A stretch of DNA of 64,000 bases from Octopus sinensis (Eukaryota): positions 32,426,001 to 32,490,000 of the forward strand of contig NC_043000.1 in NCBI RefSeq assembly GCF_006345805.1. The letters are read 5' to 3'. The translations under genes were made by a program, and so were the position numbers. The notes under the pieces are model-generated. The model made no database searches and was not told where the DNA came from. It saw only the letters and a program-made list of their open reading frames with translations. This document shows positions 37,736 through 51,131 of this stretch, piece after piece. Numbering within the stretch: the stretch's first letter is position 1; each line of letters begins with the position of its first letter.

Positions 37736-39059
37736 AGCATTACATCATATTTCCCCATACAAAATGAACAACTTTGTCCATGGTCAATAAGGTGTGCATG
37801 TATTGGTGCAGCCAAACTTGCACACATACACACACACAAGTATATCATCATACTCATCATCTCCTATCATCTATTTTCCATACTGGCAAGGGTTGGACAG
37901 TCTGACAGGATCCTGTGAGCTGTAGGGGACAATGAACTCCATTGTCAGCTTTGACATGGTTTCTACAGCCGGATGACTTCCCTAACACTAACCACTTTGT
38001 AATGTACCTTTTTTTGGTTCCACCAGCAGTTGTGACGTTGCCAACTGACATGCAAAACGGAAAAAGAACAGGAATAAAACCCCCTCAACTAAGTGGGGTA
38101 GTATCTGGAAGGGGTAGCAGCTTTATGCCAGATGTTGAGAGGCTTATGTCTGATAGATGGACAAGGACAAGTGTCTTGCTAGAGATGAGAAACATGATTG
38201 CTCTACATTATATAAAGGTGGGTGGGTGGGAACAGCTGGGAAGAAGATAACAATGGTGGTAATGAGACACCAAAGCAAACTCTCAATGTACAAGAAAGTG
38301 AGCATAAGAGAGGACATGGACAGCTGATCAGAGGCAGGACAGTAAGTGAGGTGAGATGAAGACAGAGGTAAATATAGTGAGTGATGAACAAAGGTGGAAG
38401 AGCGATTGATGGGAATACCAGTATGGTGAATGGGTAAGGTGAGTGAGACAGAAGTGTGGCTCAGGAAAGAGAATAGAGTAGAAGGTAAGGGGAAGATGTG
38501 CAAGGTGGAGAAGCTGTGGGGAAGATGATATAGAGCTACCTAAGGGTGGCAGATATGAGAGAGCATTCCGATTGAAAGCAAACACGTGAGATATTGAAAT
38601 GGAGAGAGAGAGAGAACTGAAGCACAGGAAGGTGATAAGTGAAAATAGTGGGGAAATGGAGGTTAATGAGAATGAAAGTTAGAATTGGTCCCAGGGAGGA
38701 GAGGTGACTAGTAATGCAAAGAATATGGAGGTAGGAGAGAAATATGTGCCAATAGAGTAGTGCCATAAATAGAGGAGGAATTAAGGGATGAGTGCTAAGC
38801 AAATGAATGCTTAACGGAATAGAAATGGAGGAGGGGCAAGTCCTTTGCCCTTGGTTACAAGGATACTGCTATACCAGTTATTGTGTATGACTTGACTAAT
38901 TATCCTGGTGGTAATTGTGAAACCCATTTCGTGTGATATTTTGAGCATTTCTTCAACTATCCCTGTTGGGCCCTCAGCTTTCCCTCTCTTGTTTTATTTA
39001 TTGCAATGCTGTCAACATCTACCTGTCTATCCATCTACACAGACATACATACATGTATG

Positions 39060-40125
39060 TTACAGGTATCTAGGGGTGGATGAAAACATATCTTACAATG
39101 GCACCTGTAACAAAACACATGTCACTAAAGAGTATTACAGCCGAATAAAGAAAATTTGAACCTCAGAAACTCTGCATTCAATAAAACAGTAGCCCACAAT
39201 GCGTTTGCAGTGCCAGTACCAACATTTGGGCTGCTTGATTAGACGCTTGATGAGGTCCAAGCCATTGATGTGAAAATTCGAAAAATACTAACAAGCACAC
39301 ATAATTTCCACATAAACAGTGACATAGACTTCCTCTACCTAAAACAAAAACAAGGCGGTAGAAGCTTAACATTGATCCAAAATACCTTTGAATGTCGCAT
39401 TATATTCCTTTGGCAACATCTTTTAAACACCAAGTGTCAAAGTGTATCCCTTGACCAAGTTTGCATACATGAGGTTGATAACATCACGAGACTTGGAAAG
39501 CAGCTCCTTGTGCAACACTCTGTGTCTTATAATCTAGAATACATGCCCAAAGAAGTCGCACAAATCTACAGCAATGTATCATTAGATGAAACGATGAACC
39601 TATATGAGAAGACTATTCTTGGATATGTTAGTAGAAAGCTCAGAGATGAGAGTAACATTGATCATCAAAGCAGTTTATCATAGACCAATAGCCAGATTGC
39701 TACCTCCCACTTTGAAGGATATGGGTTTGCAGTCCAGGAATAGGAGATGTAAATCAAGTACCTGAGGCACAAAAGGGTGAGAGATGCAGGAAGAGCTGTA
39801 AAATGTGACAACTGATGCAGACTTTGTAGAGTTCACACTGAAGATATCACTGAAAATCACTGAAAAAGAGAACACCTATGCTGAACTATTGAGGAATCTA
39901 CAGCTATTCTATCCAGATTACAAGTTCAGGTTTAAACCTGTAATTATTGGGGTACTAGGATATGTAACACACTGCCTAAATACCAATCTTGAGAAATTAG
40001 GCTTCTCAAAACTAGAAAGGAGAAAGCTGATTTGAAGACTACAAATCCAATCCATCACTGGAACTGTAAAAGTCTGTAAAACTTTCCAGAAGTATATCAT
40101 CTGGTGAAGTGTATGCAGGTTGCCA
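39060..40125 (+). mobile_element. R4/Dong-like (REL endonuclease) LINE 3' fragment
   Basis: YLGVDE..KEYYSRIKKI; IDVKIRKILT..H..SDIDFLYLKQKQGGRSL; KITEKENTYAELL..PVIIGVLG. Confidence 0.75.
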
Positions 40126-40149
40126 AATATACATGTGAGCATTCTTTTC

Positions 40150-41500
40150 AGATGCAGAATATTGCTATCCCCCATCTCCATGTCTCCTCAGCCCATACCT
40201 TCCACACCCTCAGAGTTGGTATATTTAATGTGGGCACATTGAAAGATAGGTCTGGTGAGATTGTTGAGATGCTTGAATGGAGGCATGTAGATTTGTGCTG
40301 CATCAAAGAGGTAAGGTGGAGAGGAGGTTCTGCTAGGTTATTCACAGGCAAAGAACATAGGTATAGGATTTTCTGGGTAGGAAACAGTGATGGGGTGGGG
40401 GCGTGGGCATACTCCTTGCTGAGAAATGGGTTGATAAGGTAATCGAGGTAGTCCAGAGTCTGTGATAGAATACTTAAGATTAGACTAGTGCTGCAACATG
40501 GAACAGCAACCATTATCTCAGCCAGGTCTACCTGATGAACAGAAAGACCAATTTTATGACACCCTCTTGCAGACTACCCTGTCGACGAATGACAGGGACC
40601 TTCTCTTTGTGACTGGCGACTTCAATGAGTATGTTGGACATCAGGGAGCTTCCATGGTGTACATGGTGACAATGAATTTGGTTCCTGCAATGAAGAAGGA
40701 ACCAGGCTGCTGGAGTTCTGTGATGCAAATGATCTTATGAACTGTAAAACTAACTTCAGGAAACCTTCCAGTTGCCTATTCATCTACTAGTCTGGCAAGC
40801 ACACTAGTCAGATTGTCTAAATTCTCACCAGAAAAAAAGGAAAGATGGCTGCTTATAAATGCCAAAACTTTCCCAGGTGAAGAATGCGCCCCACAACATG
40901 GGTTAGTTGTTAGCGACTTCAGGAGCAGGGCTAAATGGCTGCTCAGAAGACAACCAGTGTGGGAAAGAAAGGTCTGGAAGCTTAAAGATCCTGATTGGAC
41001 AGAGATTTAGAAATGTTTTACTTGAGGCACTTGACGAAAAAGAGGAGGATATAGCATCACATAATGTGGAGGACAACTGAAGGTTTCTACAGGACAACCT
41101 GTTGAGGGCTACTGACCAGATCTGTGGCTGGTGCAAAGTCCCCTCTTGACCTAATTGTGACAGGGTGGTGGGAACAATGTAGTTGACAGAGCCATTGGAG
41201 AAAAGAAACAGAACTGGAAGTGTGGTGGTAGCAGGGAACTGTTTCAGATCACCAGAAGGGAAACTAGGAGACATGTTTACTTAGCCAGAGGGGAAGTAGA
41301 TAAGAAAAAATTTGCCAATGTTCTACATCGTGAGGACCAGAGACTTGAAGTTTTTTGAATTGCAAGTCAGTGTGTGATGTCATAGGAGAGAAAAGTGTCC
41401 GTATGGATGATGGCTCACTTGCATTTAATGATGCTGCAAAGACAGAGACTTGGAGACACCACTATGGAATGTTACTAAATGAAGAGAATGAATGGGAGAA
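40150..41500 (+). mobile_element. RTE LINE 5' portion (APE endonuclease)
   Basis: TLRVGIFNVGTLKDRSGEIVEMLEWRHVDLCCIKEVRW; VTGDFNEYVG; QHGLVVSDF. Confidence 0.88.
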
Positions 41501-41959
41501 AGGAAGTCTCCAACCCTTGCCAGCATAGACAACGGATGTTAAATGATGATGATGATTACAATGCTGATGCATATACATTAGGTGTAATATTGAAGTGAAA
41601 CCAAATAGTGATATTTTGAAATCATTCAGGTGTTTGCATAATATATAATAGGAAATGCATCCAATATGTAAGACCTTTCTCAGTAAAAAGCACTCCAAAA
41701 TATTTTAACTGAGCTTGGTCTTACATAATAGAAGCATTTCCTATATGTTACACAAACTTGAAATGTACATATTAAATGATTTCAAAATATCACTACCTCG
41801 TTTGACATCATTATTACGATGCCAATACAAACTAGCCAGTCTTGACCCCACTTATGCAGATAATCTACCAATTTGGAGTATTCTGTTATATTTAAATTGA
41901 ATCAAAACTTCTGGTGCAATGATCTTCTTAGTGTAACACAATATATATGTATCATGATC

Positions 41960-43000
41960 ATCGTTTAACATCTGCTTTCCATGCTGGCAGGGGCTGGACC
42001 GTTTGACATAGAGCTGGCTAGCTGGAAGATGTTCAGACTCCACTTGTTTGTTGTGGCATGGTTTCTACAGCTGGATGCCCTTCATAATTGCAACTACTTA
42101 AGAGTGTGCTGAGTGTTTTTATTTGCCACCAGCATGGGTACATTTATGCAGAACCAGCACAGGCGTTTTTTAAGTGGCACTGGCACCTGAAAAGACCAGC
42201 CTGTATGTGCGGAAGACAGTGATTTTATTTAGCCTGACGCGTCTTATCAAGTACAGTAAATAGCCACATCTAGTCACTTCCTCAGTGAGGTCCAGCATAT
42301 GAAGATCCTTTTTCACCACTCCGTCCCACCCATTCCTGGGTCTACCCCTTCCACACTGAGGGAGAGGCCCTTAGTCACCAACAAAGGTAGAAGCTCTCTG
42401 AACTTTGCCCAGCCCATTCTTATTCTAGCAACTACATTTTCAGATCTCTTTCCACCACTGCTAACTTGGTCTCCTTGGAAACAGAAGCTGTCTACTACAT
42501 CTAATGATCCCCATGAGTATTTGAGGAAATCTACTGTCTGCACATTTTTAGTCCTTATTGCACTTTTCCACACTCAACATTTTCCCACATGAAGACTATA
42601 TTTTCCGTTAACCTTCCTGTGATACCTCTACACCTCTTATGTGTCCAAAGCTTACACTGGGTACAACTTATAGAGTTTCTACCAACACCCAACTTATATA
42701 CTGAGCAGGGCCATCTCCCAGAAGGGACTTGTGATTTGTCTGTTTTCCTACTTACTAAAACTTTAGTTTTTGCTAAATTAACTCTAAAGCCCTTATATTC
42801 CAGACCTTGTTTCCACACCTGAAATTTTTTCTCTAGGTCAGCTATAAAAACAAGGGCATCAGCATAAAGGAGCTCCCAGGGACAGCCAGTCTTGAACTCT
42901 TCTTAAAGACTGGAGGACTAAAATAGACAAGAGGGGGCTGAGAACTGAGCCTTGGTGAACTACTACCTGTACACTGAATTCATTTAGTGGCCACAGCCTT
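41960..43000 (-). mobile_element. RTE LINE fragment (RT C-terminus plus tail)
   Basis: FRVNLAKTKVLVS..WPCSVYKLGVGRNSISCTQCKLWTHKRC; RMGWAKFRELLPLL. Confidence 0.85.
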
Positions 43001-43199
43001 AGGGCTGAAACATAGAAGAATAAAAGAATATATGCGTGTGTACACACACATACATGATGGCTGTCCGCTGAACACCGAGAAAGACCATCAGTGACCAATA
43101 AGAACACTGTACACTCAGACAAAATTATACTTACACTTGTGGATCTGCTGGTGACTAAGAAGCCAAGCTCTTGATAAACACATGTCCACAAATATTGTA

Positions 43200-43960
43200 G
43201 ATTAAGCTTCCCCCATTCACTACAATGGCAGTGCGTTTTTGAGCAACTTGCTTAAATTCAGCATGTACAGTGTAGGTTTTTTTCAAAAATACCCGCTCCT
43301 TTCTTTACTTGTTTCTTCCATTGGTGGTGATGACAAGCATTGTTTTCCCTACTGATGTCCCATGTCTCACATATCTTTAATGAGAACTTTACACAATCCT
43401 TAAATCACGGTCTTCATTTTTGCTAAGGATACTTTCTACAAACAAATTTGCTATAAAGTATCTGGTTAGGGATTCATCTGATCACTCATCCAAACAAGGA
43501 GTTCAGTCCAACAGAAATGGTGCTTTTGCAGCATCACTCAGGCTGTCAGCTCCCTTTAAGACCTTGTCTGGAGTTTGCAACAACCAGCCAACATTCTGAA
43601 TGTATCTCAGACATCTCTAATGGAGGTTTTTCAAAGACATTTACATGATGCCTGTAAAGAGTCCATATGAGTAAAGGAGCAACATCTGCACACATGTACA
43701 TTACACAGCAACTTTTGTTCATTTTGTGATGCTATGCTGGGACCAGACATGAGACTTGAGAGCCCTGAAGGTATCAGTTGCCTTCAGAAGCTTTAAAGAT
43801 ATTTCATCATCCAAAGAACAAGAACAGCTGAGTGTGTTACTACAGTGGACAAGCTTGTCTATCACTTTCAGTACAACTAAGATGGTTTCACATTTTGCTC
43901 ACAGCACTTCTCCTGTACCTGTCTCGCTGTAAAAATCATATGAATCAGTCTTCGTCTACC
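43200..43960 (-). mobile_element. Old RTE-BovB-like LINE C-terminal fragment
   Basis: SCSLDDEISL..ATDTFRALKSHVWSQHSI..TKVAV, decayed. Confidence 0.6.
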
Positions 43961-43969
43961 AGAACAAAA

Positions 43970-45060
43970 GCCACATTAGGATTCAGATAGGAAGTCGTTT
44001 GCAAGGTGTTTATTCAGACAGGTGAGAAGAATACTTGCCAACAGCTGACAGTAGAGCAGTAACTCTATGGTTACAATATACTCTGCCTCTCTTTCCTTTA
44101 TTGAAAAGAAGGATAATTGCAGCTCTCTAACCCTTGGTGACCATAGCTTCGAGCAGTAATCTAAGCAGCTGAGGACAAATGTCCGCCAGAGGACCATCAT
44201 GGTTTCCTGTTCTCTCATTATGAAAGTTGTAAGAATCCATTTGGCCAGCCTGCTGCATTTTATTGTCAAGTTAGTAATATGCACCTGGAAAGATGCATCA
44301 TTACTCATGTCAATGCCCAGGTTGCACACCTATGTTGATTCAGGAATAGCAATACCTCCTGGCCAGGATATCCTGTCTGCATTTCATTCAGTTTCAAGTA
44401 CTGGTAGTGCATGGCTTCAAATTTCCCAGCATTAAACTGCATGTTATTATCCTCAGCCTACCTGTATATTGTCTCCAACTTGTGTCACAAGTGCACAACA
44501 TCTCCAGGGTTCTTTATTCTCTGAGAGGCTTTTGTATCATCTGCATAGCTAGCAAGAGTGGCTACATGAGCAGGTGAGGGCATGTCTGAGTGAGCTGAGT
44601 GAGCTACTATAAAAAGAAATGGATCTAAGACAATTCCTTGTGGGACATCACCCACTACTCGTGTTTCCTTAAAGGTGGTTCCACTGGCTACCACTGCCTG
44701 TCTTTTACCTTTTAAAAAGTCATGTAGTCACTCTCCGAGTTTTCTGACAATACTGAGATCATGCATCTTGTAACATATCAGACCATGGTTGACTTAATCA
44801 AAAGTGTTTCAAAGTCATGATATATCACATCCAAATTTGAGTTGCTGAGTGCTATAAAAACTGTCAGGCAGCTTGGAGTTCAGGAAATGCAATTACTTTC
44901 CTTTGGACATTTTACTCCATGACTTTACTGATGTGTGAGGCTAGACAGATAAGACTGTAGCTTTTAGCATCTGCTCTGCTTCCTCCTTTATGGATAGGAC
45001 ATATTATTCCCTCCTTTAACTTGCAGGGGAGCTTACCACTTGAAAGGAAATTCTGAAAGT
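43970..45060 (-). mobile_element. CR1 LINE fragments
   Basis: ICPIHKGGSRADAKSYSLICLASHISKVME; GDVPQGIVLDP; SYADDTK; LDYCSKLWSP. Confidence 0.85.
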
Positions 45061-45154
45061 ATTTACATATAGATATGTGATGCATATGTGTGATAATGAG
45101 ATGCACACACATACATATGTACATGCATACACACACATGTATATATACATGCAT

Positions 45155-45187
<33 letters not shown>

Positions 45188-45859
45188 GATATATATATAT
45201 ATATACATGCATACACACACATATATATATATATACATGCATACACAAATATATATGTATATACATATACATATGTACATATATATATACAAAAACACAC
45301 ACACACATATATATACATACACAAATGTACATAAGTATACATGCACATGTATATACATACACATATGGTATATGCATATATATATATACATACAGTATAT
45401 ACGCATATATATACATATACAGTATGTACACATATATATACATATACAGTATATATATATATATATACACATATATAAGTATACACACACACACGTGTAT
45501 ATATATATATATATATGCTTTATTAGACTGTACTAGGTATCTCAGTATTATCGTTCTAAAGATGCAACAGTCCGATAAACGTACAAACACTAAAATAGTT
45601 TAAGGAACATGGTTATACACACAAACAAGAATTTAAAAATACAAAACCTGGTGTGTGTGTATTATATATATATATAGTCGTGTATGTATCTCTCTCTCTC
45701 TCAATATATATATAGATATACACACACACGTGTGCTTGAATTTATATACACGCATAAATATTAATATAAATGTACTTTTCATACATATATATTTATAAGT
45801 AAAAATATAAAAATACGGACACATATAAATATCGATTCATCACATGTACACACATACAC

Positions 45860-45892
<33 letters not shown>

Positions 45893-46392
45893 CACACGTG
45901 TTTTTACATATAGACAAATGAATGCATATGCATATTTCTATAAGTATATATACGCTTTGAAAAATATCTTTACCTATATATTCCATATACATACATAAGT
46001 ATATAAATATATACACACACGTGTTTATACTCAATTCTATACATGTATAGACATACATATATATTACTTTTTTTTTTTTTTAATTAAATATAACACTTAA
46101 TATCTAAAAAATGTATGCTTCTAGAAACGTCTGAATACGTTTTGTGACTGACAGAAATTAACGAACAGCTATATAAATGTATGGACATGTAAAAGTATAA
46201 ATAATCGAGCCAGGGTCAATGGAATCTCAAACAAGACGAAAACTCAAAACAACTACAAAACTTATTCCAGTTCCCCGTAGCAGCCGACATAAACACATTG
46301 AAGCTATTAAATCTAGAAAATCATCAAATCTAGCTCAAATCGTTTCAGTAACTACCAAAGCCTGGTTCTGTATACTTTTCAATGAAATTCAC

Positions 46393-46456
46393 CTTTGATT
46401 CCGGTCCCTCTTCTCGACTTTTTCCAAGGTTTTCCTTTCAGCTTTCCTGTCGCCAT
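46393..46456 (-). CDS. C2H2 zinc-finger gene exon 1 coding part (MATGKLKGKPWKKSRRGTGIK)
   Basis: AAAATGGCG start context (YY1-type motif over the ATG) directly below a CpG-rich promoter; AAG|GTGAAT donor phase 1 joins exon 2 in frame. Confidence 0.75.
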
Positions 46457-46591
46457 TTTTCTCACTTGTAATTTCGGCGTCTCGTCTGCTAAGCCTCGTT
46501 TTCGAAACCAGAAATAATCTCGTTACCAAAGTATTTTTATTTTACTGTTATTAAATTAGAAACTAGTTTTCTTCATCCACAACACACAAAA

Positions 46592-46925
46592 CATTGTGGT
46601 ACTACTAGCGAACAGTGGTCCCGGTGCGCGCGCTCGCATAGTCACGCATCCGCGCTAGCTAGTCATGACTAGTCGATCCTTACTTTGTGTTTTTGTGTGT
46701 GTTATTTACTTTGTTTAAAAAATTATTTACTCTGTATTTTTGTGTTTTATTTACTTTGTTTAACAAAAATTATTTACTTTGTGTAAAAAATTTATTCATT
46801 TTGTGTTTTATTTACTTTGCTAGGTAGTGATTGTAGAATCGACTACTTACGAGTAGCAAATACGGATGCGCGAATGCGCGTGTGCGCGCATTGGGACCAC
46901 TGTTCGCTAGTAGTACCAAACAATG
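46592..46925. promoter_or_regulatory. CpG-rich inverted-repeat promoter
   Basis: 25-bp perfect IR core (46598-46622 / 46893-46917) in ~90-bp arms; GCGCGC/NRF1-like motifs; five TATTTAC repeats in the spacer; 135 bp upstream of the ATG. Confidence 0.7.
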
Positions 46926-47167
46926 CACAGAAAGAAATCAGTGTTGGGTGGGGTTTTTTTTTTGTTTTTAAAGTATTTAGTAAATCCATTTCTTGCAAGA
47001 ATATTTACAACCCTAGAAAAGAAAACGAAAAATAAAACGAAATAAAAATAATTTTTAAAACGTTACGACCGACCGACCAACCGACCGACCGGTACAACAA
47101 AGCAATATTTTTAACGATTAATATAGAGGGAAGGTAGACGGGATTACAGCTGTATACATACCATAGC

Positions 47168-47225
<58 letters not shown>

Positions 47226-47389
47226 GTATATTTATTTATATTATTGACAAACACATACATGTAAATATATATATATTTTCAATATTTACTAAATTCTTTA
47301 ACAATGCGTTTGGACGTCAGCGCGCGCCTATATGCCTAAAAACATCAGTATATATATATATATATATACACACACACGTATATATACAA

Positions 47390-47443
<54 letters not shown>

Positions 47444-48201
47444 ATAATGAAATTATTGCATACACTTCTCAGATGCACCACAACTTGTCAAAAGTGCGTA
47501 TAAAGTATATGCAGTAATGTACAACATATACTTTATATATATATATATTTACTAAATTCTTTAACAATGCATTATATATGTATATATATGTATGCGTGCG
47601 TGTGTGTGTACATATGTATGGATATAAACATGCATGCTTTAGCTTGTAAACAATAGAGAAATTAAAATCAATACAAGGGACGAGTGTATACACTTCTTGT
47701 AGTGCTGCGCTGAGATTACTTTTGGTAAATACTAAGAGTTTCGTGGCGATGATGACCATCGTCACTCGATTGGAGAACACCGCGAAACTCTGAGCGGGAA
47801 TTATTACATTACACTATTATGACAGACACACATGTGTGTGTAGGTGTAAATGCATGTGTATGTATATGTATATGTGTGTGTGTGTGCGCGTGTATGTGAA
47901 TACATGTGTATATATATGTGTGTGAGTGTATTTATGTACATATATTTACATATATGTATCTATTTATGAAAAAATATGTATGTATTTATATGTGCATGTG
48001 TGAATACATATATATATGTAAATATATATATATATATATAATCAGGTAAAGGTAATAAACTTCATTAAGGGATAACAAATCCAATGAAAATGCTGGTTAG
48101 TTACCAATCTATAAAAAGTTTAAGTATAAGGTAAACATATAAACCATGGTTCTAAATATTTGAATACATTGATAGACGGAAACTGAAAGAAGCCCGTTGT
48201 A

Positions 48202-48250
<49 letters not shown>

Positions 48251-48556
48251 ATATGTATGTATGTATCTATGTGTGTATATGTTTGTGTGTTTGTTTCCCC
48301 CCACCCACCAACATCGCTTGACAACTGATGCTGGTGTGTTTACGTCCCTGTAACCTAGCGGTTCAGCAAAAGAAACCGATAGAATAAGTACTAGGCTTAC
48401 AAAGAATAAGCCCTGGGTCGATTTGTTCAACTAAAAATGGCGGTGCTCCAGCATGGCTACAGTCAAATGAGTGAAACAAGTAAGAGAGTATATATGTATA
48501 TATATATATAGAGATAGATATATAATCAAAATAAGCAACAAGGATATCTAGAGGTA

Positions 48557-48645
48557 ATGTAGTACAATCGTTTCATGCAACTGCATTTAATTGAACAATG
48601 CAATCATTACATCAATTTAAAATGCAGAGCAATCCTCAGCTGCAC
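48557..48645 (-). ncRNA. Type I hammerhead, mildly degenerate
   Basis: GTGCAG-CTGAGGA-58-nt long hairpin helix II-GAAA-CGATTG-TA-CTACAT; U-U at the base of helix II and one mismatch in helix I. Confidence 0.75.
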
Positions 48646-49419
48646 AAAGACATAGAATTTAATTAAATTAGAACAGATGGACACATTAGTATAATTATAC
48701 CTAAAATCTCCAAGAAGTTAAGGAGATAAACAAAGAACATGCTGTCTCCACACCAATCAGTGACAGGCAGAGTCTGTAACAATGTATATCTTCTAGATAA
48801 CTGAGTAACTTCTGTGCTGGAGTGGAGAAGCAGTAGAGCAATTAAAGATAGTTATGGGGTTACCCAGGGTTTCACATTCATAAAGCACTTAGCTTTATCA
48901 TCATCATCATCATTTAACGTCCACTTTCCATGCTGGCATGGGTTGGACGATTTGACTGGCAAACCAGATAGTTACACCAGGCTCCAATCTGAGTTTCTAC
49001 AGCTGGATGCCCTTCCTAACGCTAACCACTCCGAGAGTGTAGTGGGTACTTTTACGTGCCACTGGCACGGGGGCCAGTTTGGTGGTACTGGCAATGGCCA
49101 TGCTCAAATGGTGTTTTTGTATGTGCCACCTGCACAGGAGCCAGTCCAGCGGCACTGGCAAACGACCTCGCTCAAATGTTTTTTCACATGCCACCGACAC
49201 AAGTGCTAGTAAGGTGACACTGGAAACAATCACACTCGAGTGGTGCTTTTTACGTGCCACTGGCATGGAAGCTAGTTAGCTACTCTGGCAACGATCACAC
49301 TCGTATGGTGCTCTTAGCGCTGCACTAGCACAGATGCCAGTCATTGAATTTGATTTTGATTTCGATTTCACTTACCTCAACAGGTCTTCGCAAACAAAGT
49401 TTAGTGTCCTGTTTGAAAG

Positions 49420-49575
49420 GAGCATGATTTCAAAATACCAAGGAAATCCAAGAAAATGCTATGAGACAGCTGCTTACTCTGCTAAAAGAGGAATTGCAGG
49501 AGTGCTTCCGTCTATAGAAATGATGCTGGATAAAGTCTGTGGTTTCAGGAGAGGAATACATCAAGGGAGATTAAA
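49420..49575 (+). mobile_element. Mariner transposase C-terminal fragment
   Basis: IQENAMRQLLTLLKEELQECFRL*K*CWIKSVVSGEEYIKGD*. Confidence 0.7.
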
Positions 49576-49629
49576 TGCTAAATTGATCTGTGTTGTAATT
49601 TTCTTTTTCATAGCACTAATCCCAATATT

Positions 49630-50380
49630 TTTTGATCAGACCTCATTGGAAAAACCTGGGACGAGGTGGTGAAGCACGACCTTTGAACATTGGGCCTTAC
49701 CGAGGCAATGACTAGTGACCGAGACCTTTGGAGATATGCTGTGCTTGAGAAGACCAGACAAGCCAAGTGAGACTATAGCCCATGGCCTATGCCAGAGGGT
49801 GTAACCAGCCCATTTATGAGTACCCCTAATTCATTGGACAATAAACCTTGCTTGCGATGACCTATTGATGCAAGTGTAAACAAATCAAAATCACTGACAT
49901 GGCTGATGACACTACCACCTGATTGGCATTCGTGTCAGTGGATTGTTCAAAGCATATCCAAACATGGTTGTTGCTAGAGCCACTGATTGGCTCCCGTGCC
50001 GGTGACATGTAAAAAGCACCATTCAACATGATTGTTGCCAGTATTGCCATACCAGCACATGTGGCACGTGAAAAACAACATTCGAGCGTGGTCATTGCCA
50101 GTGCTGCTGGACTGACTCCTGTGCAGGTAGCTCGTGAAAACACCTTTTGAACGTGGTCATTGCCAGAACCGCCTGACTGGCTCTTGTGCTGGTGGCACAT
50201 AAAAAGCACCCACTACACTCTGGGAGTGGTTGACATTAGGAAGAACATCCAGCTGTAGAAACTTTGCCAGATCAGATTGAGCCTGGTACCGCCTATGGTT
50301 CACCAGTCCTCAGTCAGACCATCCAACCCATGCCAGCATGGAAAGCGGATATTAAACGATGATGATGATGATGATGATGA
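49630..50380 (+). mobile_element. RTE LINE 3' end with tandem-array 3' UTR
   Basis: KTWDEVVKHDL*TLGLTEAMTSDRDLWRYAVLEKTRQAK*, then GTGCCGGTGGCAC-type repeat units and (GAT)n; same UTR at 23500-23755, 26790-27215, 32200-32650, 48890-49400, 61645-62200. Confidence 0.88.
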
Positions 50381-50385
50381 TATAC

Positions 50386-50416
<31 letters not shown>

Positions 50417-51003
50417 ATATTTTGCCAGGTATATTTTGCCAGCCTCGTCTGGCACCTGTGTCGGTGGCACATAAAATCACCCACTACACTCTCGGAGTAG
50501 TTGGCGTTAGGAAGGGCATCCAGCTGTAGAAACACTGCCGGATCTGACTGGCCTGGTGCAGCCTTTGGGCTCCCCAGACCCCAGTTGAACCGTCCAACCC
50601 ATGCTAGCATGGAAAGCGGACGTTAAATGATGATGATGATGATGATGATATATATTTACATATATATATATAATATATATATATATATAAAAGTAAATAA
50701 ATGGTACAACGAGGCACTGATATTTACTGGAAAATAGCAATCGTAATAAATACGACGTTATTGTATAGCTTCACTGCGTATATACTAGCAAAGACGCGTG
50801 TGTGCAGCAAACATGAAAATTATTTGTCTTACCTCTAGGAAGAACATCTGATAAATGGAAAACCTAGAATCGGATAATGCAGGACTGGTATATATGAGCA
50901 TGAGTTGTCCAAGAGTCCATAAGTCAGGGAAAAGATGCCCTTGTATATCTGTCAATAGAGAGGCAATATTATCCAAAGGGTACCATATTATAAATCCATT
51001 ACA

Positions 51004-51094
51004 GCTGATCTTACCAACTAGTTTCCTGCTAGGAATACAACAGAGTGTTAGGTAACAATCTGATTATAGAAGTTTACGCTCATCAGAGTTAGCC
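51004..51094 (-). ncRNA. Degenerate hammerhead (duplicate at 51925-52014)
   Basis: GGCTAACT-CTGATGA...GAAA-CTAGTTGG-TA-AGATCAGC; helix II base disrupted. Confidence 0.6.
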
Positions 51095-51131
51095 GATATG
51101 GAAGGAAATAATCGCTTTTCCCTTCTGTATT

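Noticed and set aside
45525-45600. CTAAAGA...TAAACGTAC possible hammerhead relic
   Set aside because: Both core segments are mutated and helices are not recoverable.
46923-46947. Plus-strand ATG (MHRKKSVL) as first exon of a divergent gene
   Set aside because: Weak donor and no downstream plus-strand exons identified.
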